From NCBI GenBank assembly GCA_051294375.1, contig CM119263.1, positions 12,627,723 through 12,691,722 of the forward strand: DNA of 64,000 bases, read 5' to 3'. The position numbers and the translations under genes are program-made. The notes beneath the pieces are model-generated. The model was not told the origin of the DNA. It worked only from the letters and a program-made list of their open reading frames with translations, and searched no databases. The DNA comes from Paraspadella gotoi (Eukaryota > Animalia > Chaetognatha). Shown here one piece after another: positions 1 to 15,227 of this stretch (position 1 is the first letter of the stretch; each line of letters starts with the position of its first letter).

Positions 1-1998
1 AGGTTTAAAACTCACCACTGCCAAACTGCTATAAGTTCTTTTACGCATTCTGCCTGAATTAAAAGAAAAAAATTTTAATATTTTCATAAAATATTTTTCA
101 TGGTAATTAATATAAGTTTGATTGCCTGAAAATTATATAACAAGCAAGCTGATTATCTATAACTTTCTTTTTTTATTCGACGTATATAAATTTTTACCGT
201 TTTAGTTTCGACGATTTATGATATCGGTATTCGTCAAAATTAATCGAGCTAAAAAGAAAATTCATGGATACCATTTTAAAGACCCACCCACTTTGGTAAA
301 AATAATTGCAAAAAATATAAATTACTTTCAACGATTAGGTAGTAAGAGAAGAGAAAAGTAAACGAAAGATGCAAAAAAACAGAGAGAAAATCGAAAAAAA
401 AAAATTGTTAGACCATTTATAGAATACAAATGAAAAGTAAACGGAAAAGAAAAAGTAAAGAAAAACAAAGAAAAGGTAAGGGGAGAAAAAAAGGACAAAG
501 AAAAAAAGAAATTCATTTAAGAAAGCATCTGACCGCAACTTATGATATTTAATAGCTTGTTTTCTTTACGTCTTTTTTACTTTTAAAGCAAATGACGCAA
601 TCAAAATTTTAAATTCCGCTTCACTGACGAATCGGGATCAAAGAAGACCAAGTTGTGATGAATTGTTTAGCGTCTTTTTTTTTTCGTACAATTTAACTTC
701 TTTTCAGTCTTTTTATTAGTTTAGCTTCGCAAAAATTTCTTAGGTGGTATATATAAAGGTCACCATGTAATTTTTCAAAACAGAGGAAAAAGAAAAGCGA
801 AAAGCAATTTCACGAGGAAAGTCCACACAGAGAAACCACAGCAATTGATTGATGACTGTAGTTTTAATTTTTTAACCCAACTCAGTCGGCTCTTAAGGAT
901 CTTATGTATTTTAATTTTTCTTAATTCGCAAATCCCGATTCCAATTTTTTTTCGGGGTTTCCTTTGTTGCCGAAAAGAATCTCGTGAGACTCGTTCCCGT
1001 TACTCTTTACTTTTCACTCTTTTGATTTTTCTTTCTTTTTTTTCTTTCCTTTCTCGTTTCTTTCTTTTCCCACTTTCTTTCGCCCAGCCGGTTCCATCCC
1101 CCAGGTTCCATCTCCTCGATTCATTCCGCCTTTTTCCCCGAGGGATGGAATCGAGCGTCTCGGCCCAAGAAAAAAAAGGTCGGGAAGGAAAAAAAAAAAT
1201 ATAGACAAAAAAAGGGTAAGAATTAATGAAAAATGAACTTCGATAGTAATTGAGATTAACAGAAGAAGAATACTAGTATAAAAAACCAAGTATGAAATTT
1301 GGTGCTGGAATATCTAAGCTGAAGCATCCGTGGGTAAAACAATTAGGAAAATCAATTGTTTTTAATTGCTAAGTATTGAATTGAATGCGAGATGCCTTGT
1401 ATCGATCAACCTGACGATCATACAGAATAACCCAGAGACAGAAAAAACACGTACATTTCGAATTACTCTTTTGTTAAGAAAAAACAGGTGTGTCTCGACG
1501 GAACAACAACCAGGAATAAAACATCATAAAACAGGAATAAAACTTTATAATCTCACAGATTTTGTATTCTGTAATTTTTACTATTTGTGTTAAGAGTTTA
1601 ATATTTAAGAACGTACATATTTAAATACTAACCAAAAACATTTAAATTCCACTTTCTTGTCTATCCCTCTTCGACTTCGGCGTCTTCGTCAATCCCAACA
1701 CAATTTCTTTCTTTACATCTTTCTTTTTCCCTTTCTATTCTTTTTGTTTCGATAAAGAGCCCAGTGGTTGGAGGTCAAAGGGTCAAAGTGTACGAGTTGG
1801 GGAATCAAATATCGTTTTTTGACCCGAGATCGACGTTCAGAAGAGAGAATACTAATCGAGTTTCACGACGCGGGCTTGACTTTTTCGGCGACGACGATGA
1901 CGACGACGACGACGACGATGTCGAAACTAAGAACAATGGGCAGCAGCAGCGTTGAGGTTTCGCAGCGGGAAGGGATTATTTTCTGACTGGTATCGAAT

Positions 1999-5627
<3,629 letters not shown>

Positions 5628-6422
5628 GCAATTATCCTACTGAAGGGTACACGACTACACATACAATTTGTATTACAAGGAAAGTTTAATTAAACTCGAT
5701 CATAAATGAAATCCTTAATTGGTGATTGGGTCCTTCGATTCCTTCCAATATAATTGCGCTATTGTAGTAGTGATTAGTAAACATTTTTACGCACTCTTTT
5801 TTTGTTTTGCCTTTTATAAAATTTATTGCGATTTCTTCTTCCGTTTCGCTCATGATCGAATTGTTATTATATATTGCTGTTTGTTAAAGATACGTTTCCG
5901 TTACGAATTAAATTTTTAATCAATTTTGTTATTATTATTTTTTCATCGAAGTCCTAGAAATTTTTTTTAAAAAAACGAAATGTAAATTATTTTATTTAGG
6001 TAGGAGATACGTAGTTTTCATATTTTTTTATATTGTTAAACTTATATTTTTTGAGTCACTTTCTATTCAGGTTAATTGATTAAATCTCAATTTATCTAAA
6101 CGCTTTAGTAAGCTAACATTGATGCATATGGCTGGTCTCTCCATCAGAGTATTGGGCAAATGCTTCATTTCTGAACCGAATGCTCCATCGTCCTTTTTCA
6201 AATATAAAATTGTGATACGATAATTAGTTTGATAACATTAGTGCGAGGTGGGTACAGGTTCGACTGGTAAAATTTTATTGTGGCGGAAATGGCAGCCCCG
6301 ACTATCTAGCTAAAAAAACTTTAGCTATTCTAACGCGTTGTTCGTAATAAATACTCAAGAGAATGCCACTGCTCGTAATCCTTTTAATTTTCATCAATTT
6401 AGTTGCAAAGAAAGTTACAAAG

Positions 6423-9400
6423 TTACAGCTGAGCAACAGTCCACCCAGTTGCGACGCTTTCGGTCAATCTCGGAAGTTGTACCGCAGTTGGATTAAGCTG
6501 ATAGATTTCGCAATTTAGTTTCATGTCGTGGTGCAAAACGAAAGGAGGAATGTCAAGCTGTAATAAAAAAAAACTTTGTAAACTTTGAATGAGATTGAGT
6601 ATAAATAATATTCTTAAAGAACGGTTTCCAAATAGAAAAATAAATGAACCAAGATCCAGTCCCCGACTGAACAGCATCAATTTTTCTTTACGACGTAAGT
6701 ATAACAGTTTTCTCATATTTTGGTTCACCTGCTCCGGAGAAATAAAAGCATATAGTTGATGTAGGGATTTGACCGAGGTAAACCGGTTTTTCATCGTGGG
6801 AGCTGTTTTAATCAAATTTTAGAGAGTACATTTGGGTTGAATTTAATAAGTTAAGGTTAAAAAAAAGAAATTTTAGGAATGATAAAAAAGTTATAAGCTT
6901 GCAAAAAAAAAAAAAAATCAAAATAAATCTCAAAATCGTATACTTTTTATTAATAAATAGACATCAGTATTTTCGTTTCAAATCACCTTTAAATGACGTG
7001 AAGAACCACATAAAAATACGAGAAGAAATGGAAGGATGCACGAGAAAAAAGTTTTTCAAATTTGTGCCGAATTTGGACGGAAGTTCATAATGGACCCGGC
7101 GGAGGAAAGAGGAGGGAGGAGTCGTATCTCCTGATATGACATAGCAAAGCAGAAGATTTTTATATTACAGCCATTCCAAGTTATTTCCCTTGTACAGACA
7201 AAAAAATGTGCTGACTTCTTGCCAATGATTTGAAATCACATTGGCTATACGGAAAAAACACCGAAATACTCCTTGCCAACCCCCCCCCAAAAAAAAATTT
7301 GGAAAACCAATAAGATTGGTTTGTACATCAATAACGCCAAAAATGCTATCGACCAATTAACAAGATGCGACCAATCATCGCTTTTGTTGTGTCAAAAATG
7401 AAGGCCGATTTGTTTTTATAAAACAACGAAACACTTTATAGTCTAAACTTTTCATAAGACAAACGCATTGAGTGATCTCATACCTGAACTTAAAGTGTGA
7501 AGGTAAACGACGTTAAATGGTCGTGTGGCGACTGGATCGAGAACGTGAATGAGATAAAGTATAGCTTGGTCGGCGTCGATGTCAGTGAACGAAAGATGCC
7601 GTCCGACAAAGACGACGACTGCGTTTCCTTCACGATCGACTCCTTACCAAAAAATAGAATTCATTCGTTTATTTAATTCTTCCATTAATTCATTTATTAA
7701 TTCTTTCATTCGCACCCGATTTGTAAAAGCATCGTGAAGAGGAGAAGCGAGAGAAGTCTGCTCTTTTAGCTCTTTCCAAGAGTTTGTCATAACGGACCTT
7801 ATCCATGTTCTCGTCATCGAGGGTGGCCGAACTGGGTCGACGAACGTGCGCAAGTCTCTGGATCGCCTTAGGGATCATAAATTACATATTAAATATTAAA
7901 CTATTCATATGAATTCGTGACATGTTTTTTTTTTGTTTTCTTCTTAATAACCTTTTTGTCATAATCTCCTTCCATTTGGGCGAAAGGAGACCTGCCGACG
8001 GCTCTCTCTTCCGCGGCAATCTCGTCCAAAAGTCTCCCGCAAAATGATACGTAATAGTTTTTAATATTGCAACAAGTAAAGAAAAATTGGGATCATTCTT
8101 TTTTTTAAATTCATTGTGTAGTGCACCTATTATCACTGTCGGCAGCGTTGTCAGACTCCAGACGACCCATTATGTCGATTTGTCTTCCTGGTCGCAGCGG
8201 TTCACCAAATGCGCCACCGAGATCGCTCGGAAGTTTGGTGAACGCCCATTTCTCCTCAGCTCTGGACCTAATTATCCTCGGGTTTGATTAAACAAGTTTG
8301 AGCAAACAATGTCGGATCTTCCTACGATAATTAAGCGGTTATCAGCTAATCAGATGATAAATTTGTGATCCTAACTGATCATGACAGATCGTACCATACC
8401 AAACCAGTTTTTAATTTGCATCATTTTTTCAACATGCATAATTTTTTTAACTCGCATAATTTTTTTAAGTCGCATCATTTTTTCAACTCGCATCATTTTT
8501 TCAACCTGCATCATTTTTTAAATTTCCATCATTATTTCAACTTGCATAATTTTTTTAACTTGCATCATTTTTTCAACTTCCATCATTTTTACAACTTGCA
8601 TCATTTTTTAATTATTTAATTAATTATTTAATTAATTAATAAATTATAAGGAAGCATAAATAATAAAAATTCAAGTCAACTTGACTTAGGTTTTTTCCAT
8701 GAAAACTCATTTCCACTCTCACGATTCAATCAAAACTTTAGATCCAGCTTCATCACACACTTTCCTACCCACACACAAAATTTCATCTCAATCTATTCAT
8801 CCAATTATAATTAATTAGAGTAATTTTGGGTTCAAGTTAGGAAAAATATTTAAGTAAATGTGACTTATGTTTTTTTCCATTTAAACTCATTTCCACTCGC
8901 ACGATTCCATCGAAGCTCAATAACCCACTTCCCTCATTCCAATCCATCGATCCAATCACAAGTAATTGGAGTTTTTTGCTAAGGGGGGACGGACAGAGGG
9001 ACGGACGGACGGACATAATTTTTTTTGCATAATTTATCATAATTTGATGTTCTGACATGATTTAAGAGATTTCCCGACAATATTCAGGGGGGGACCGACG
9101 GACCGACAAAGTGGATCATAGAGTCGGAATCTGCTGATAAGCAAAACAATTTTTAACGATGTACGAATTTTGAGTCTTTTGGCCTGAAATGATTCATTTT
9201 CTCCATGTGCTAGTTTGCGACGTCACTTCATACATTTGTCATATATTAAGTGATTTTAGTTTCATTTCTGTGGGACATTAAAATTATAAAGCTTTGATTT
9301 TTTTCACGAGAAAGTAGGACTAAACCTCGGAAAGTAGAGCGGCATCGCCTCCTTATAGGCATCGAGTTCATCATCATTGACGCAGAATATAAGCAGAGGA

Positions 9401-10214
9401 TCTGCGCCTGGGAGGCTCCACGGGTGGCGCTCAAACGCCTCGACATCTTCAGGCGATTTGGGCTTCAGGCTGCGTTGAAGAAAGTGGCGGACGGTTCGAA
9501 GAGCCAGATGAGCCTGGTGACGTTAGAGATCGAAAGATATAGGTGGTTTGATTTTTTTTACCAAGACAAACTCTTTATCGTTGTTAACCATCAAACTCAC
9601 CCCTTCGAGAGGCGGATATCCTCGTCTCGTCGAGTGAATGCACGTCAGCGCCACCGACGCCAAGGATTCCGACCGGAAGATGTCCAGCAGCGACCTATAA
9701 GCCTGGTAGAGGGCGGTCTCGGCCGCGGTGGCGTACTTGGAGTGGTAACGCGGACCGACCACGTGAATGACGAATCGAGAATTGAGGCCGAAGGCTTCGC
9801 TGATTCGGGCCTCGCCCGTTTTGCAACCCCGAATCTGACAAGTACGACCCATATTTTAATACTATGGTGAACTAAAATCCACCAACCGTTCAATACCAGA
9901 AGACAACACTAGCGTCCCCATCCCAAACAGATAATACTATATTTAAATATTTAACATAAAAATATTTTAACAAATAAATAAAATAAAAAATAATAGTTAT
10001 TTTAAATCTAAAAAATAAAAAATAAAGATAGTGAAACAAGTAATTTTGCAACTTTCATAGCAGGAAGGGTTCATTTCTTGAAGTTTAAAAAACATTTTTT
10101 CAAATAAAATGGACTTAAAATTCCAAATTCAACTTACTACAGTATCAAAGTAGGATATTTGTATTGACCCCTTTAATTTTAAAAGATGTGGGAAGCCGGG
10201 AAGCAAGCGGAATA

Positions 10215-10260
<46 letters not shown>

Positions 10261-10964
10261 ACTCGCTCTCGCTCACTCGTCCTTTACAAAGGAATATTAA
10301 AATTTGAAAATGATTCAGAACTTTTCGACCCCTATACTGTATTACCTTATTTTTTATTTCTGTAGCCAAATCCTGTCCTCCGTTTTTTAAAATCTTTTGC
10401 GCGATTGGGTCACGTGATGATCCGGCTTCGTTGGTAACATGAACAATGGCATCGACGTCGTATAGCCGAGTTACGTCGCCAGCCCAGAGAGCCACCTTCA
10501 TCCCAATGACAAATGAAATCAACGAGGTTCAAACATTCGATCCTAACTTTATAATTATAAATAATAAGTTAGTGAATAAATCTTACCCGTTTGTTTATTT
10601 CGTTGTCGAAAGGAAATGGGCTGACCAGCGAATTTTCAAACGAATCGCACTGAGAACATGGGATGTATTACAAAGATATATAAAAATAATTCAGAATTTT
10701 TTTTTTCAGTTGCTGATCATGAAATTAATCGCCGTAAAACTTTGCTCCAAATAAATTCTTTAATTCTTATTTCTAATTCAAATTTAAAATTAAAAAAAAA
10801 CAAAAACACTTTTTTAAATGTTTATGGGTTTAAATATTAATTTCAGCAGTAACATTTTTGGGATGACTTACGCTGAAAGAATCTGAAGATGTTTCTGTGA
10901 AAGCCCATCTGCGAATGTCGCTAATCGAGTGGGACAAACCCGTAACGACTCCCAAAGGATCCAT
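6423..10964 (-). CDS. GDAP2: GDAP2 homolog (macro domain + CRAL-TRIO), about 12 exons
   Basis: Starts MDPLG; KVALWAGDVTRL; GCKTGEARISEAFGLNSRFVIHVVGPRY..AAETALY; RRGYP; AHLALRTVRHFL; PLYFPRS; FAQMEGDYDK; GVDREGNAVVVFVGR; NLKNFFLVHPS; QLDIPPFVLHHD. These are colinear with GDAP2 as recalled. Confidence 0.92.
8410..8610. repeat. 18-bp minisatellite (TTTTTTCAACTTGCATCA-like), ~11 units
   Basis: Visible tandem units; they generate the spurious NLHHFF ORF. Confidence 0.9.
8640..9127. mobile_element. Helentron/DINE-1-like non-autonomous element fragment in a GDAP2 intron
   Basis: Two ~180-bp-spaced copies of gactta(g/t)gttttttccat..aaactcatttccactc..acgattc, (GGAC)n tracts and the end motif gaccgacggaccgacaaagtggatcatagagtcg. 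Confidence 0.5.
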
Positions 10965-11832
10965 CAAAAAAAAATTCGATAATTCGAAGCTTTTTTGGAC
11001 GAACCAATTTGAAATTTAATCGAACAAATTGGTAGAGTAAAGTTTGGTGGATGATTGATCTTTGAACTTTTTTTTTTTCTGTTTTCGGGTTTTGAGATAC
11101 GGGATTCAAAGTTGAATAAAGTCGGGGCGTGTTTTAACCAACTCAGCGTTATTAAAACGTATAAAAATTTCAAAAAAATAATTTAGTTACTTCATACAGC
11201 AATTGGCTAGAAAATGCAATACTAGATATGTGTATTTGGTTTTGTAAAATTGAAGTAATAAGTTTACTTACAAACTCTTTTCACCTAAAGAACCGGATCA
11301 GGTGGCCTGATTCAGGAGACCTGATTCAGGCCGGTTCACCCGTCTTACCAGTTTTAGTGTTACTTTCTTTTATGTCGCATTTTCATTTCAGCGAGAGAAG
11401 ACTGCAACAGAATCATGATTTATTTTTTATTTATTTCTCTTCACCCATTTTCTATGCCGAAGATGTCCATTTTGAGAGGGATAACTCGATGTTCTTTTTT
11501 TGCGAAAAGATTTCATTCGAACATGGTTTCCCCCTCCAGTGAGTTTTGCAAAGTTCATGTGATCAAATTAAAAAGAGTAGCACTTTACAGCCAGACGAGA
11601 TGCCAGACAATATCGTTGCCACTTTTTTCGCTAACTTTGAGGACGGTACGAATACAAAAAAATTTAAATTATAGAATGAATTTTTATTAAAAGTACATAT
11701 AACCATAACAAATTTTACCCTCTTAAGTATTAACCATTAGGTTAATTAATAAGGAACGCAAGAATATTAATTTATACAGTATACTTTAAAAAAAAGATAA
11801 CTTTAACGTTCGGTCAACATGACACGTTTCAA

Positions 11833-12094
11833 TTATTCTTCGCTCCCTCCGTGCATGACAGCCTTGAACTCTTCGTAGTCGACGGTGCCGCTGGCGTCTT
11901 CGTCGATTTCGGCGATCATGTCGTCCACATCTTGGTCTGACATCTCCTCGTCCAAGGCCTTGATGATTTCCTTCAATATTGAAACGCTTATGGTTCCCTG
12001 ATTCTCTTTGTCGAGAATGCGAAAGGCTTCGCGCAATTCCATCTCTTCTTCGGCCTCCTGTTAAGAATATTTAATAGTATTGTGTTGGTATCGA

Positions 12095-12184
<90 letters not shown>

Positions 12185-12287
12185 CGATGATCTTATTTGG
12201 GAATCATTCCCGTTTCCTTGCTTATTTTTTCTCCGCGTTCCGTAAGCCGAAAGTGAGTAAGTGAGCCGAGAGAGAAATAAAGAAAGC

Positions 12288-12331
<44 letters not shown>

Positions 12332-13605
12332 AACTAAGTTGGAAATCAATAAATTAATCTTTTATTTATTCATTAATCATAAGGAGTAGTGAAACTTGCA
12401 GATCAAAATTTGAATAGTTGAACATGAACAGTCTTGTATAGTATTTACCATAGACCATTTACCATGTTAAAATTTTCAAATAATTTTTTTTTAGTTTTGA
12501 AAGCAGATTCGAATTCCACATAAAAAGTTTATAAAAGAAAATATAAGTCTTAATAAAAAATTATTTCATTAAATTAGCTAAAAATGAAAAAAACTATATT
12601 TTTCATATTAAAATTAAACGTTATGTTAATAATAACAGTTTTTTAGGATTTTGACCTACTTAATAAAATATTTTTTTTAAAAAAGTTATATTTCCTTTCA
12701 TCAATTTTTCGTGAAGAATTTGAATCTGTTTTTAAAAATAGGTAAAAACAATTTTAAAATTTTGACAATTTTTATATATGAGTTAATACGAAAATTGAAA
12801 AATAAAAAATAATTTTTTTTATTCACAGGTACAAGCCTGTTTATGATCTACTTTTCGAATTTTGATTCTACTTGATTTTAATATTTTTGCTATACTTTAT
12901 TAATCAATCAATCCAATCAATCAGAGAGAAACTGCGACTTTAACTTTGATCTTAATCAATAAAAAAAAGTACAAAATTTCTCGACGGTTAAGATGCTATT
13001 TTGCTTTTTTAATAACTATATTTTGAACATAAGAACATACCGCAGTTTTCTTTGCCATCAGCTGAAGAAATTCCTCAAAATCGACTGATCCCGATCCATC
13101 TCCATCAACCGCTTCAATGCAAAGTTCTAACTGGTCCTTTTTTAGGTTATGTCCTGGAAAATGTTCACGAGAAGATTACGAATGAGCCATAGCGCATGTA
13201 GTATACTGTACATAGTAGAACCATTATGGAAAGCCAAGGAAGAAAAAGTTCAGGGATATAGATTATTTGCTTTTGGTTTTAAGTCAATTCATATATGTGG
13301 TTTTTATGTATGTATACGTAAGAAAGTTACTTAGTAAGGTTTATTAAAATTCCTTTTTGATGAAATTATGAAAAATTATCTGTGACAAGCCAACCTAGCA
13401 TTCGCATCACCGTCCCCAATTCCGACGTTGGAATCTCTCCTGTCTTTTGTTTGTCAAATTTGTCAAAAGCTTCGCGAAAATCGGCGATTTGCTCTTCCGT
13501 CAGGCGCGTTGCATCACTATCGTCAGACTAAAAGGCGATTTGGCGGTTTTCAAAAAGAAAAAAAATGGTAGCGATTATATTTAAGAAGAATCGTTAACTT
13601 ACCAT
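11833..13605 (-). CDS. Troponin C / calmodulin-like four-EF-hand protein; exons 13603-13605, ~13395-13527, ~13041-13154, 11833-12057
   Basis: M|[45 protein letters not shown]|[37 protein letters not shown]|[68 protein letters not shown]; ATG|gtaag first exon is typical of the family. Confidence 0.92.
12098..12333. repeat. (GA)n and (AAAG)n microsatellites
   Basis: Direct inspection. Confidence 0.93.
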
Positions 13606-15227
13606 TTTTCCCCCCAAGCAAGATTAGATCCTTTTTTTTAAAAAACTGATTTCGAGTATGGATTTTATCACGATTGTGAAGATCAAGAAACTTGATGTTT
13701 ACATAAGACGATAGTTTGTTGATGTAATTCTTCTCTAAACAAGAGAGTGCGTGACTGTAACTTATGTGATCTTCCTATCTGTTACTCGCCGCATCAACAC
13801 TAAGGCGCTGATCTGTAAAGTTATTAATACGACTGTCATTAATCTAAAATTCCTTAGTTTCTTTCCAGACTAAATTTCTTAAATTCAATAGTTTTTATAT
13901 TTTTACAGTTAAAAGCAACATGGCACATATGTACGAGATTATCATTATATTATAGTACTAGGTTATTAAAAATGTCAATATGATTAAAACATTTAAATTC
14001 TTTGATAAAAATTGTAAAAGTAATTTCAACAGAAAATTTAAATAAGCTACAGATAAGCAATCTGCCAACCAATTCAACGGATAATGTAATAACATGACGC
14101 CTAAAAAATTTTATACGTATTTTCCGTCTTATGTTATATTATTCCAAGTTCAGTAAATTTATATATGTAAAATATATAGTATTAGTCCATTATATTACTT
14201 TTTAGGGCCGGATTAAGGGTCAATAAATAACACTTTAATTTCTGATGAGGCATTTTAACTGACGCCAAATTTGGTTGCCATTTTAAAACTAATTTTTAAA
14301 ACCTTCTTTTTCAACTTCAATTATTTCTCACTAATGATTGCGAATAAATTAATCAACTTCAAGACAATTGTGATTTATGGCCGGAACATCTAATGCAACA
14401 CTGTAAATTAAGTTTTAAGTAATTTCCAACGAATCATTTTATCACGAAAGTACACGAAAACCACTAATAGTCTAATTTATTTGACAGAATAAAAAAAAAC
14501 CTTAAAATTACTTAAAATGTTTTTAATTTGTTGTTTTGTCAATAATTCCTGAAATTCTGGGGCAATATTGTGCTGAAGTTGTATATACACGTCTATGTCC
14601 TAACGGTGGCCATATCAGTATCATATAGTATACAAATCAATTAACTGATGAACAAAAATAATTCACATAAAGTATCGCTTTTAAGATATAAAGAACTGCA
14701 ATTTTTTAAATAGTTTTTTGGAAATGTGAATGAACATTGCTAACTTAAAAGGTGCCGGCCCCTTAAAGTTATTATTGATTTACAAAATGAAGAAGATCCG
14801 AGTTACAAAGTGAATAGACGATTTTGATCAAGGCATATTAGCAATGTAATAGACAAAAACATTTTGATCCGTTAGAATCGCGCAACAAGATAGAGAAAAT
14901 AAATCGACTGCTTCGGTTGTGACATGAGAGGCACTATTTCATGGCTCAAAGTTATAACTTTTTCTTTAACTTTTTTAATATTATAAGTAAAAACTAACTA
15001 CGAAAGTAGCAGATAAATTTTTTTCGTTTGTTATAAGCTCACTAGATCATCATAATTTAGCCGTTAAAGACTGATAGAGAGATACTAAGATTGTTGGAGC
15101 TTATATTTTAAATACAAGTACTGTAAGTTAATGCCAATAAACGAATTCAGTTATTTAAACTTTGATTACTTAATTTCGATAAAACCCAGAACAGATCAGT
15201 GGGGTGACATGGTGATGCTGATTAAAA

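Noticed and set aside
8365-8619. His/Phe-rich ORF and regularly spaced repeats
   Set aside because: Translation of an 18-bp minisatellite; no unique spacers, so not CRISPR-like.
14242-14272. Hammerhead-like CTGATGA-GGC..GCC-AAA
   Set aside because: The GAAA core lacks its G and no convincing stems I/III with an NUH site were found.
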